64,000 nt of DNA from Sphyrna mokarran. Taxonomy: Eukaryota. The stretch's first letter is position 1. Every line of letters starts with the position of its first letter. Shown here in pieces: positions 13,190 to 25,247 of the stretch. The notes beneath the pieces were generated by a model that was not told where the DNA came from, searched no databases, and worked only from the letters and a program-made list of their open reading frames with translations. The position numbers were made by a program, and so were the translations under genes. Location: positions 62,558,001 to 62,622,000 of the forward strand of contig JAGIQG010000004.1 of the NCBI GenBank assembly GCA_024679065.1. Direction: 5' to 3'.

Positions 13190-13920
13190 AAAGGACAGCC
13201 TCTGCAGACGTGGCAGCACAGTGATATGAAGGTGGGCGAGAGGGGAAAGGGGCGTGGGGGGCATTATGTTGTCTAAGAAGCCCTCACCATCGACATTATA
13301 CGCTAAACGATCTCACGGATTCAGGTAGAAAATTGGCCACAAACCTCTGACCTATTACCATCTACTGAAACACCTTCATCAACCCAATCTGTCTTTCACT
13401 ATAACACTTCGTCTGATGAATTAGTACTCCACTACGTTGAATACCTTTTATCAGATAGACTGATGTTAGCTAGGGCACTAAACCTAATCTGGTGGAGGAC
13501 TTCAATGTTCGTCACGAACAGTGGTTCTCTAGCAGCCCAAGCTGGCTGAGATAGTCTGCAGCAACTGCTGAGGGAGCCAAGAAGACGACAACACACTTGA
13601 TTCCATCCTCACCAACCTGCCTGTTGCACGTGCATTTGTCAAAAATATTTGTAGGGATAATAATGGCATGGTACTTATATCTACGAAGTCCAGTCTTCAC
13701 GTTGAAGCCCGCCTCTATCATGTTGTTTGACACGTTTGCCATGGTTAATGGACGAGATTTTAAACTCAAGTCGTCGCATTCATGTGCGCCATTCACAACA
13801 ATAGAATTGTACTCACCCAGAATCTGCAATTTCATGACCAACATAACCCCCACTCTATCATTGTTACCAAACTGAGAGATCATCATGGTTCAATGAAGAG
13901 AACAAGAGGGCATGCCATGA
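13190..13920 (+). mobile_element. Degenerate L2/CR1-group LINE endonuclease region
   Basis: atctggtggaggacttcaatgttc (GDFNV motif relic); paralog at 63425-64000. Confidence 0.55.
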
Positions 13921-14996
13921 ACAACAAGCACATAGTATCTACTGAGTCTTCCATTCTGTCTATAAGCGGCAGCATTTGGTACCGATCATGTTCATTGCTT
14001 GCACGTTTCTGGTTTTTTTAATAGGCTGATAATATTGAAATGTTGCCTCTTTTACCCAAGTCCGCATCACTAATTTGTGACCAAAATGCAGTTTCCCTAA
14101 TCCAGACAATCAAGAACAAAGTTGGATGCCTCCTCATTACAAAAATCATTACAGTTCATCATGAATTTCTAATGATTGTTCCTTTAAGTTCAACAATGTT
14201 CGATATGCAGCACTAAGTGAAAAGTTATCTGCAAAGAGATATTGTGAAAATCAATCATCGACCCCCTCAAATATTATGCCAACTCTATTAAGTTTACCTT
14301 CAACCAACAAAATTTACTTTCATTAACTTTTCCCAAAATCCAACATTTTCCTGATTTTTTCCAAAGTTTTCCCCACGTTACAGATGCTGCTTCTAACTTT
14401 CTCACGCTTTAAAACAACTGTGTAATGTCTGCATTCATCAAAACCTCTAAAGCTACTTCCAATGCAGCATTGTATTGAACACCAGACCAGGAACCCCAAA
14501 AGTTATTTGGGTAAAATATCCTTGAGTACCAAAAGCAGATGAGACCTAACGTGATGCATTTACTAGTCAATTTCATCTACTGGAATTCGTTTCTTAAATT
14601 CTGCCAGTATTTCTTTCAGTCAAGTAATTTTCTTTAATTGGTTCAGGATTTAGTATAAGTTGCTTGAGAGATTCGGAGGAACAAAGGCAGGGATGCTCTG
14701 ATTCTCACGAAGACGTACACGCCATGAAAGAAGGTATATAGTGATTGAATAAACTATTACACACAATTTGAATAAAGGGCCGATGTTACTACAAATGGAT
14801 AGTATCTATAGTTTTAATCTGTGTCGCATTTTAATAGTTTAATGCAGTTACTCAGGACCCTCGCGGTTAATGAAAAGTGCGACCCCGACGAGAGAAATCA
14901 ATTTGGTAAATCAATGCGGTTTGTTAACGAGCGTTGATTTATTATTTAGCTTCATCTGCTCCTCAAAATAGTAACATTCAACTTTGTCTCCTGTAG

Positions 14997-15110
14997 ATAA
15001 ACAAGACGGAGCTTTTCCATTTGCCCCGGTCGCTGGTACTGCAAAGCTTGTGCTCGTAGTAATAGAGATGATGACAATACTGAAGATTCTGGTCAAACGA
15101 TGAGAAATAG
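14997..15110 (+). pseudogene. Probable transmembrane exon relic (phase 1-1, 114 nt)
   Basis: Acceptor ctttgtctcctgtag, donor g/gtgaat; (D)KQDGAFPFAPVAGTAKLVLVVIEMMTILKILVKR*. Confidence 0.45.
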
Positions 15111-15893
15111 GTGAATCTGATGGTAAGACGTTCGAGGTCCTGATTCATAACTGAGTTCTAATGTCTAGATATGCTGTGGCAGAATGAGTATTAATGGTGT
15201 AAGCTGGGATCTAGTTGTTCAGAGCAATTTTGATTGCACTGAGAGTGTTGTCGTTCTCGGACCCATTGTTGAAGCGAATACAGAATCTAAACTGGAAATA
15301 CATAACATAATAACATCACGAAGTATGAGTGTTAAACTCAACTTATTTTTGTTTCCGGCGATAGCAAAAGGCATGATATGAATTCTGTAAATTTCCTGCT
15401 GCGAACATTTGACTGCGCAGGAGGGGCGGCGACTATGGAGCAGAGGTCGTAAACGGGGAATATAAATTGAGCAGAACACAGAATCAGAACGTGCTGGCGA
15501 TGGTCAACGCTCAGATGGTATTTGTGGATATAAAGAAAAAGATAATTAATGTTTTAGATAAAAACAAATTACTGCGTTTTTTTGGAATCCTAAACAAAAA
15601 CAGAAAATGCTGGACGATCTCAGCAGGCCTAATAGCATCTATTTGATAGTCTGACAGATGGCGCCAGACCTGCTGAGATCTTCCAGCATTGTCTGTACGG
15701 GTAATGCTTGAGATGCATGACTTGTATCTCAGGAAAGATAACTCAGTATTGATATCCATATATAATGCTTGACCTGTCGAGTATTTTCTGAAATTTCTGC
15801 TTTTTTTTTCAATTCCAGCATCCTCAGTACTTAACATTCGCTAGTAATAGGCAATGTGTTGTCTTCTAATAATTACCCCTTTCCTTGCACAAG

Positions 15894-15973
15894 TAGAACC
15901 GGATGTTACATTGTTACTGGCCATCATCCTAGCTTTGTTGGGTATTTATTGGAGGAAGCATCGCACGTCATGA
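15894..15973 (+). pseudogene. Second TM-like exon relic
   Basis: After ccctttccttgcacaag: EPDVTLLLAIILALLGIYWRKHRTS*, a hydrophobic helix followed by a basic stop-transfer stretch. Confidence 0.4.
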
Positions 15974-16769
15974 AATTGATCATTCATGTATTTTCTTTCT
16001 CTAAAAGATAAAAGGGCTACTAAGGAAATGGCCGGCCAGGTTAAAGTTTCAGTGTTGGGGAGTAGACTGCCATTTCAATGAACTGAACGCGTACACTATA
16101 GGCATAATGGTGGTTTCATGATATAGAAAATGCTCCTGCTGAAATTTAACGTAGAATAACACATGCTGAGTTAATAACTATCAGATTTCCCTTCTAATTA
16201 TAAATGTGTAGTCAGATTCCCATCAAAACATCAATAATAGCGAAGTTCACACAATCCTCCAGCTCTTGAAGATAACGTTCTAATTTTTGCGTTTTTTGTG
16301 TCGGTTCGGTAGCTATTCAGCCACCAGAAGAGATACAGAACTCTATATTATATGATCACCCTTAGCCCCACCCTTAAAGCTTTGCCTGCTCTCGGTATGT
16401 TGACCGGGCCAGCTCACTGGCCGGTTTTCGGGCTCCTTCCCACTCCCAGACTCCCTACGGAAAAAAAAAATCAACTCGAGCCTGGAAAAGTATTTGATCG
16501 GTTCGAAGTCTCCTTCTGCAAGTGAATGGAGGATTGGCTGTGCTCCATTCACAGCATTAGCACCTGAAAGTCCCAGCAGCCGGTGTCGTTGGGGACTCCC
16601 TGCCGAGATGTCTGTCGCCTCTCGGTAACTCCTGCTGCACAGATTGATCAACGAGAGCTTTTAGTTACTAACTTATTCGAGACCACAATCGGCAGTGTGA
16701 CTCTTGATATCATTGTACCTCAATTGGTTTTAATGAGATGATGCTGATTCGTAATTGGTTTAGGGATTG

Positions 16770-16902
16770 TGTGATCGCTATGTGAGTACAAACCGGTATA
16801 GTCAATTTCTAATGGACTTCTCGAGTCTGATGATCATCCGCTGATATTATTTCCAAATTTCCCCTGACAGATCCATTATATTGTCAATTGCTTGCTGGAT
16901 CA
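16770..16902 (+). repeat. Inverted repeat left arm (right arm 17859-17960 plus 18288-18328)
   Basis: Near-perfect reverse complement; the right arm is interrupted by a CR1 insertion. Confidence 0.88.
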
Positions 16903-17970
16903 TCGCTCTCTGTATTGTATGCTTTTGTCACTTCCGTCATCTCTGTTAAGATGAAAGTTTCTTAGCTACTTCCTTGGCAATTTATTCAGGATAGAGCACA
17001 TTTTTGGCATGCCACTATGATAGACATGTTGAGCTGGAAGTTTCAAATCTCATTTGATCGGTATTGAATCAGGCCTTGCCATTATCTCTTCGAATCCTTT
17101 GAATATCTTCAAAGTGTTCACATCATCTGGAAAATGAAAATGTTTCCCGTAGGCAACACAGCGCTCGTTAGGCCCCCTTCAGTCTATGCTAATGGTGGAA
17201 AACCCCACTCTGTCCCCTCAGAAATGTCGCTTACATTCCGAACCCAGCGGCGCTTAATTCGCTGTTGGCGGAAATTAGCACTCAGACCAACTAAGACGGA
17301 TCACCATTTTAAGTCCGCCCATCAGCACCCAACATAATTTCAGCAAGCACCATTTTTTTTTTCAAAGAGCTGCCCTATGTTTCTTAGACAATGTTCGAAA
17401 CCGTGGAGGAGAAGAGGACTATCTTCTTTCCAAAGGTCATGTCATGACTAGTTCATATTCCAGCAGAAGCCTATGATGGCATGGCAGAGGAATTAAGCTC
17501 TAACATCATTAACAGGTGGACCTTACAAATGCCACAGGTAGATGAATACCCTCCTCCAACTGCGGTTAGTCCTCACGTGCCTGCTGCTGGCATCACTCCC
17601 GTCGGTAAGCTTTGACATTTCACCTTAAATCCCTAAAAAAATCAAACGCACGAACTCCACCCCTCTCCTTCAGATTCCTGCCAAGAAATCCCCATCAAAA
17701 TACCCTCAAATGTTCAGCGCAGAGCTCACACGTGTATACCATCAGCTGCCTACCTTGCTATCCTCGCCATACTGCAATCTAATAATGTCGCTAGTGTGTC
17801 TTCATCAGCTAAGATATCCCGCAGCTGCAAGGAACATCGGAGACAATAAAGAGAGGGGTGATCCAGCAAGCAATTGACAATATAATGGATCTGTCAGGGG
17901 AAATTTGGAAATAATATCAGCGGATGATCATCAGACTCGACAAGTCCATTAGAAATGGACACTGTCCATT

Positions 17971-18287
17971 TTGGACAGTGATAGCCTTTTTCCTAGGATG
18001 GAGAAAGCTAGCACGAGGGGACACACCTTTAAATTAAGGGATATGAGTTATAGGACGGATATCAGAGGTAGGTTCTTTACTCAAAGAGTGATTAGGGAGT
18101 GGAATGCCCTGCCTGCAGCTGTTGTAGATGCGCCAAGTTTGGTGGCGTTTAAGAGGTAATTGATAAGTATATGGAAGAGAAGGGAATGGTTTAGTTTGGA
18201 GGGGCATTGCTTTTTATTTTGGTCGGCACAACATCGAAGGCCGAAGGGCCTGTTCTGTGCTGTAATGTTCTATGTTCTATGTTCTAT
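17971..18287 (+). mobile_element. Young 5'-truncated CR1 with probable TSD gaaat(g/t)gac
   Basis: DSDSLFPRMEKASTRGH..., (gttctat)n tail; flanks gaaatggac and gaaattgac. Confidence 0.9.
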
Positions 18288-18689
18288 GAAATTGACCATA
18301 CCGGTTTGGACTCACATAGCGATCATGCTTGACATGGCTATCCTTCGGGTCCTCACTCCCTTTGAGGAAAGGCCCCTGGAAATAGTGGGGTAGCGCCCAA
18401 AGCGAGATGTGGTAAGACGTTAGTTCGGAATGCCCCGCCGAATTTTAGACTTCAATGCACTTTTATCCGCTATCTCAAGTGAATCTATCAATCCCAAGAA
18501 ACTTGATATTCGCCAACGGTTACACCATGTCCTTACTTTTCCAGGATCTCCATCAGTGACAGAGAATTTTCTGATGTATTTGTCCCGTTAAACCCGTGCT
18601 ATGGCTATCTGGCGATCGAATTCTAGGCTCCAGAATTTGAAAAATTTGAAGTTAATCGGCATTTAAACTAGGCGTGACAATGGTCATGC

Positions 18690-19420
18690 TTAACAACAGA
18701 AAGCTGTGATATCAGATTTTCATCCATTAAAATAGAGACAGAGTATCCAGGAGGGAGTTGGAGCTGACCTGTGGTTGTAGAAGAAGTGTGTGAACAATGG
18801 AAATATAAGATGCTGAGATAGGCAGATAAGTGATTCAGTGAGCCAAAGGCAATGAGACTTGACATTTAGTTTGGCTGGCAGTCAATTTGAAAGCTGGACA
18901 TTTCTAGATGATTACTTGTACGAGCATAAAATTGGAACAATATCTGGATGCAGGAAAGGTAAGAGGAAATCATTATTTCTGACGAACTAGCAGACTGCTG
19001 ATTCGCCATTTCGGAATATCCAAAATGAATGAACAGCTTTGAAGGAAATTGTTGGGCTCAGTCGCCAAATGATGTGGCAACCTACCCCAGAGATGCTCAA
19101 ACGTTTCGTAACGGTATCACAAGCTGAACATGAGAAGGATCAAGGATGGAAGACCAATAAAAAGCCTATGAGAGCGGAAGGCGACTATTTATTGAACATA
19201 TTGCAATTTGAAGAATGAAAGATACATGGATATTTTCAGATCACATATCAAAGGAGGAGGTGGGAGAGGCGGGCATTGGTGACAATTTTAGCAGAAATAG
19301 ATATTTAAACTATTCCTGGAATGATAATTGAATGAAATCACAATTCAGGTGAGGAAATACTTTGGAATATTAGCAAATTAATGTGCCAATCAAGAGATTC
19401 ATCTCTGGATATTGGATGCA
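18690..19420 (+). mobile_element. Very old CR1 fragment (endonuclease/linker region)
   Basis: Decayed gagtgaccataa-, ccatgg- and gatagtaaaagc-like tracts typical of CR1 ORF2 5' half. Confidence 0.45.
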
Positions 19421-19735
19421 GATTAGACAACCTATGAAAATTCAAACTAAATAAGAGTAGAAAATGACGCAGAGAATTACTTTCCTTTCATGTTATCCAT
19501 ATATGTGGAATGGCGAGAACTCGAAAATACGACGACTGACGAGCATGGTCAAAGGCGATGGAAAGCCATACGTGGACTGAGTTTGAAGGCAAACGGATAA
19601 TGCACAATTAATATTTGTAGAAAAAAATCCATCTGCGCTTTTCGAAAATGTCAAAAGTAGACTGAGGAAAAGATATACCCATGATGACTCCATCGATAAT
19701 GCATTCATCGCGCAACACTTCCTTGTTTGCTTAAC

Positions 19736-19864
19736 TTAGCTGCTCGTTTTCACCGCTGCATATGTTAACCTTGTTTTTTGGAATGTTGTTTTTGACGATG
19801 ACACAGAACCTGGCAGATTCAGAGCAATGTGAGTCAATTTGCTCTCAGCGGTGCTCTGTATGGT
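19736..19864 (-). CDS. Terminal cytoplasmic exon with ITIM
   Basis: Acceptor gttattgatttacag, phase 0: TIQSTAESKLTHIALNLPGSVSSSKTTFQKTRLTYAAVKTSS*; LTYAAV fits the ITIM consensus (I/V/L/S)xYxx(L/V). Confidence 0.8.
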   Translation of the reverse strand, partial: TIQSTAESKLTHIALNLPGSVSSSKTTFQKTRLTYAAVKTSS

Positions 19865-20006
19865 CTGTAAATCAATAACAGGGGAGTATTTTACTATTTA
19901 TTAAATTAAATTATATCGAAATTGCATCAAGTTGATTTTCAATATAATTTCAAAAGCAAATTATAGCCGACAAGATTAAAGTTTCTATGTGCGAATTGAG
20001 ATTTAC

Positions 20007-20054
20007 CTTTGATTATGCCGTCTGTTCTCTGTGTTGTTTCGGCATTTTGCCTCG
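20007..20054 (-). CDS. Candidate optional 48-nt cytoplasmic exon
   Basis: Acceptor tctttatcttaccgattccaag, donor aag/gtaaat; phase 1 reads ARQNAETTQRTDGIIK, phase 0 contains TAA. Confidence 0.4.
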
Positions 20055-20479
20055 CTTGGAATCGGTAAGATAAAGAACACCGTACATTAGTTTGCTTTCG
20101 GCTGAATTTAGTTCCTTCTAGGAATTCGATGCTAACTATGCAGTAAGTTTCATCTTTCGGGCACAAAATTTGCATACATACATACATACAAATTAGAAGC
20201 AGAAGCAGGCTGCTCAGTGCTAAAACCATTTTGCTATTCCTTAAGACATGTCTAATCCCCGCGTGGTCTCAATTTCACTGTCCTTTTTACGCCCTGAGTG
20301 TTCAAGTCTTGGAAATTGTCCCAATTCAGTAAGCTCCACAAGCATTTACAAATTTCCGTATCCCTCTAACCTCTTACAATTCCTTGGCATTTCCCAGCCA
20401 TTATTCACAGTAGGTATTTACTTTGAAAAATAGCAAATCAGCATTAGTGTTTTTCCCCACCCAGGTTTCTCTCTTGTCA

Positions 20480-21520
20480 ATCAAAAAAGTATCGAAGTTA
20501 ACCTTGAAGTAATTGAATGAATATGCCTTCACCACTCTCTGATTAAATCAGTTCTACAGATCCGTGGCGGGCTGAGAGAAACAAATCAAATCTCCTCGCC
20601 GTTGTCTTAAATGGTAAATGGTGTTATTTTGTTTTCCAAACGACATCGCGTAGTTTTAACCTTTGCTACAAAGTATCACATTCTTGCAACGTCCATGCTA
20701 TCAAGACGACTCAGAATTGTCTACTTTTCAAAAAGATCGCTTAGCTTTCTAAAGTGAAGACTGTACCAGTCCGATCTGTTAAAATGTCCTCAATAAAATA
20801 ACATGTTCATCCCAGCAATCAATCTGGTGAAACTTCTCTTAATTATTTGAATTGAAATTATTTTACTTCTTAATGAAGGACCAAAACTGCGTACAATACC
20901 CTTGGGATGGAATTTTACCGGCACGCCCCCGATTCCGGGGGCGGTCGCGAATGGGCGGACGGCTTCCTCCGATGGTTTCGAGCAGGATAGTACGGATCTT
21001 TGCAGGAGGTGCTTGTCAATTTCCTCCCTCGGCACCAATGTTCATCTGCAGCGCTGTATTTTATATTCAAATCCCGTTGTAATGAACGGTAACATTCCAT
21101 TGGGCATCCCAGCCACTTATGCGCCTTTTCAATCATATATTTCGTTTCATATTATTGTGTTCTATTTCATATATCAGGACATGTATGTCTCTGTATATCA
21201 GAATCTAAAATATTTCCGCATAAGAAAAGATATATGTTTTTGATTCTGACTGTTACAATGGACAAATTCACGATTTCTCAAGTTATATTCCGTGTGTCAT
21301 TTTTGCACACTCTTTACCAATTCATGATTCTGCAGACTCCATATTTTCTCCTTGCCACTGACTCACCCTTCTACTTTCTTTCATCAACATCTTTAGCAAC
21401 CATGCATATAGTGTCACCATCCGAGTCGTTGATATCATTTGTACATAATTAAGGAAACATGACACTACAATTGATACATTTTTTCAACCAGGTAACAGAT
21501 AAAAGGCTAAAATGTACCCA
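20480..21520 (-). mobile_element. Old CR1 fragment in intron
   Basis: Reverse strand: RSFTRLIAGM...; decayed RT motifs. Confidence 0.6.
20904..21101. mobile_element. About 200-bp MITE (Harbinger-type termini) inserted in the old CR1
   Basis: TIRs atggaattttaccg (20907-20920) and cggtaacattccat (21087-21100), 13/14 match; GC-rich interior. Confidence 0.65.
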
Positions 21521-22164
21521 TTTTATGTTTCCTGATTGCTAGATAGCCCTTGATAGATCAGAGACCATTACCGTACAGAAATAGGTCCTTCGGCCGTCCA
21601 AGCTGAAATGCTAATTTGTGAAAGAGAAAGACAGGTTGCCTAAACAGTGTAAGTAGTTGTTTTTTTTTCTGAATCGCCTTGGTGAATAAAAAAGTTTTAT
21701 TTTTAAGCAAAGAATAACGGGCGATCTCATTTTAAACCGCGTAAAAAGGACAGGTCTCTATTCTCGTTACCGATTCTATGCTGAGATTAGAAATTTGAAT
21801 TTTATTGTAATATAAATGCCGTGGCACATCTTCACCATATTGCAGCTGGGCTTGCACAACTATGAATGCAAATCTGGGAATCTTATTCTAACTATCTTTA
21901 TTAGCCGAAAAAGTATTGCCGTTTTAGCTAATATAGATGGAAAGTTAAAACTATATTAAACTACTCAAACAATTGGCAGAATTTGCAACCGCTTCGACCA
22001 TTTTTCTAATTTTACTTGTTTAGACATAAAGCTGTGCTTTTACAGAAAAGGGAAAAAGACAAGTCTAAATCCCCACATGCTTAAAAGAGATTTATTTAAT
22101 GTGATGTATCAATCATTCATCTGAACTTGAGAACACAAGCTCAGGATTGATAAAATGTTCTTAC

Positions 22165-22208
22165 CTCATCTGTACGCTGTGTGGTATTTATTGATTTTTT
22201 CTTTGCAT
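22165..22208 (-). CDS. First cytoplasmic exon (44 nt, phase 1 to 0)
   Basis: Acceptor aatttcaccag, donor gag/gtaaga; DAKKKSINTTQRTDE, a basic juxtamembrane stretch. Confidence 0.8.
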
Positions 22209-22654
22209 CTGGTGAAATTCAGAAAGGATAACGTAAGAATACAGGGCATATTTGCATTTGATCCTATGTCAGTTAAGTCAAATGCAATTCATGCCAGCAA
22301 GTTGTAGCGATACGTTGATTTCGGAATATACCTCAAAATATTTAAACGAAACGATTTTGTTTCGTTATCGTTTCTGTATTAAAGCTACGCAGACACCGTT
22401 GCACTATTTAATCTACGTTTTATGGTTAAATCTTTGTAATGCAGTTCGGAAAATGAAGCTGTGAGCATTATTATGTCAGGTGTTCATGTAATACTTGAGT
22501 TGAAGCAACATGTAAGTGTGAAGATATTTTCAGTCAGTTTAGGCGAATTATACCAATAAGCAGTTTTGCTCCCGCTTATAGTTGCTCGAATGAGATATTT
22601 TAAGATTTTGCCTGCGAGTAAATTATTTTTCGGTGTGAAACTTCTCACTCATAC

Positions 22655-22762
22655 CTTTGCATTCCATGACTCCTATCAGTATCATTAGGGACAAAAATAG
22701 AATTGCCAGCGCACCGCGGTACCATCCACCGACCATAAGAACGTTGATTTTAAAGGGATTAG
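22655..22762 (-). CDS. Transmembrane exon (108 nt, phase 1-1)
   Basis: Acceptor ttttttgattttgacag, donor aag/gtatga; ANPFKINVLMVGGWYRGALAILFLSLMILIGVMECK. Confidence 0.85.
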
Positions 22763-22874
22763 CTGTCAAAATCAAAAAATGTCTTGTAACTCACATGCAC
22801 ACATCTATCAATATCAAATGCAAAATGTTAAATAGCGCTATGAACAGAATATCATGATACAGTATAAAACTTTT

Positions 22875-23367
22875 ATAAGAAAGATGTGGAGGCTTTGGAG
22901 AGGGTACAGAGGAGGTTTACCAGGATGTTGCCTGGTATGGAGGGCAGGTCTTATGAAGAGAGGCTGAGGGATTTGAGGTTGCTTTCGTTAGAAAGGAGGC
23001 GCATAAGAGGGGACCTAATAGAAACATATAAGATGATTAGAGGTTTAGATAGGGTGGACAGTGATAGCCTTTTTCCTAGGATGGAGAAAGCTAGCACGAG
23101 GGACACAGCTTTAAATTAAGGGGTGATAGTTATAGGACGGATATCAGAGGTAGGTTCTTTACCCAAAGGGTGGTTCGGGAGTGAAATGCCCTGCCTGCAG
23201 CGGTTGTAGATGCGCCAAGTTTGGTGGCGTTTAAGAGGTTAGTTGATAAGTATATGGAAGAGAAGGGAATGGTTTAGTATGGAGGGACATTGCTTTTTAT
23301 ATTGGTCGGCGCAACATCGAAGGCCGAAGGGCCTGTTCTGTGCTGTAATGTTCTATGTTCTATGTTC
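22875..23367 (+). mobile_element. Young CR1 3' fragment in the C1-TM intron (antisense to the gene)
   Basis: EALERVQRRFTRMLPGMEGRSYEERL; gttctatgttctatgttc tail. Confidence 0.9.
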
Positions 23368-23439
23368 AGTAATCAATTTAATTATCGATATTAATGCAGC
23401 TGTTTTACGAATCGTTCGAAGAAAACGTAATTGAAACAT

Positions 23440-23750
23440 ATAGATCACAGAATCCGACAGTCGTAGAATCCCTGCAGTGCAGACGGAAGCCATGGAGCCT
23501 ACATCGACAAAAGTCCCACGCAGGTTCTAACCGCGGACCTCCAGGTATTCACGCTTCTAAGACCCCTGACAACAAGGCACAATGTGGCATGGTTCACCTA
23601 ACACACATCTTTGGAGCATGGGAGACAACAGGAGCACCATGAGGAAACCCGCTCTTTCGCAGGCAGAATGTACAAACTCAACATAGTCATCCGAAGCCCG
23701 AATTGAACCCGGGTCCCTCGTACTTAAAGACAGCAGCACTAACCCCTGAG
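23440..23750 (-). mobile_element. HE1-like tRNA-derived V-SINE, degenerate
   Basis: Reverse strand ggttagtgctgctg...gggacccgggttcaattc (B box), then gagtttgtacattct...gggtttcctc V-domain. Confidence 0.8.
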
Positions 23751-24424
23751 CAAGCCTAATGGAGAAATATCAGCAATGCTGAATAAGATGTTCATTGAAT
23801 GCACATTCACATTCATGACTATACAAAACGCAATCGTTTTCAACTTATTGTGCCAACCAAAAAGCAATTAAAATGCCCTTCCAAATTTCATTGCATCACA
23901 CACAGAATATGTCCAAAAAATCGCTTGAGCTCATCTTTCAAGTAAACATTTGTTACCGTCTGTTTACTCATCTTATCACAAATACCTGTGATCCTATATT
24001 TTATAGCATCACTGGTGACCAACAACTTTATAAATGAGGAATCAAGTTGTTCGAGTTTGTATGTGCAGCTATATAAAAAGACTCAATTGTTCGATTCCAT
24101 TGTTCAGGGATCCATTAGGTTTTAGTGCTTCGATTGAACATTAATGCTGCATTATTTTCTGAGTTACAATATTATGCGGTTAATCTGATTTATGGGAGCA
24201 AGACTGAAAACTCCAACTCATTAGTGATAAGATTGCATGATGCAGTCTACAACATATCCTATTTTAAAACCAAAAGATTGGAAATCTTCACCCAAAGAAT
24301 GCAATAAGATTCATCAACATATGAGCATCAAGTTCCTCTAGTAATAATTTCCTATGCATTATCGTTTTTCATGCATTTTTGTGAAGGGCGAAAGACTAAA
24401 CTATTATCGTTTATATAAGATTAC

Positions 24425-24726
24425 CTTTATCAAAAATGGTATAGCTGGCATTTGCAGGTATGGAGCTGGAAACGTGATATACTTGACAGATATAAACTGT
24501 GCCTTGTTCGATCGCTTGCGGTTTCAGGGTACTGACAACTTCAAAAAGTCCCTCGGAATTTGCTTGTTGTTCATTTTGAAATCCGCTGACAATTTGAACA
24601 CCGTTTTTATACCAGGTGAGGTTAAATCCTTTAGGGTAAAAGGCCGCAGTTTTGCACTGGAGTCTAATAGTAGCAGATGAGATGTCTTCGGATGATAAGG
24701 AATAATTTTCAGGGGAATCGGTGGAG
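24425..24726 (-). CDS. Ig C1-set exon with a 1-nt deletion near 24700
   Basis: (A)PPIPLKII[fs]SLSSEDISSATIRLQCKTAAFYPKGFNLTWYKNG...NSEGLFEVVSTL...GTVYICQVYHVS...IFDK; motifs CxxxxFYP, W and YxCxVxH. Confidence 0.92.
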
Positions 24727-25247
24727 CTAAATTCAAGATAACAATACAAATAATTTGAAAAAGTGAGCTTCTGCCTGAAAAAATCTTATTTTTATTAATT
24801 ACACACAGCTACTTCCAGGCAAGCAAGTTGATTTAATAATCAGTATTTTTATATTGCTGCGTGGTGTTTTTCATAGGTTTTCATAAGCCTCGAAAAGTTT
24901 GGATTGTAAGCCCCGCTCTCTTATAATGAGCGAAAGGGCATTGAGAATGTAAATAATCTAGCGACTTTTAGATTATTCATCCAGTTACAACGTTTCCATA
25001 TTGAAAACGAGATTTAATTATTTTCTTGTACTTTGCTTGGCAAACTTCAATTCAAGTAGCATTTTTTAAAAGATAGGGAGTTGATAAACTCTGCAATGTC
25101 GCTGCTACTGCAAGTTTTCCTCTTTGTTGAACATCTGACCTTCCAATCAAGTGAAAGTGCTTTCTGCGTTTTGTATTTATTTATTTTAATTATCTATTAA
25201 CCGTCTTTGATTGACCCATCTACTAAACATGACATATTTCAACTCAC

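Larger units (their letters stand above)
9367..13780 (+). repeat. Segmental duplication copy 1 (paralogous pieces at 49030-59660, 59975-61680, 62320-64000)
   Basis: The same mosaic of repeat fragments and junctions recurs, e.g. gtccaa(g/a)atcttcagcag at 9367 and 59975; gccatggttaatggacgagattttaaactca at 13738 and 63970. Confidence 0.88.

Noticed and set aside
15365-15517. AG..GT interval between the two TM-like relics
   Set aside because: Stops in all frames and no convincing motif
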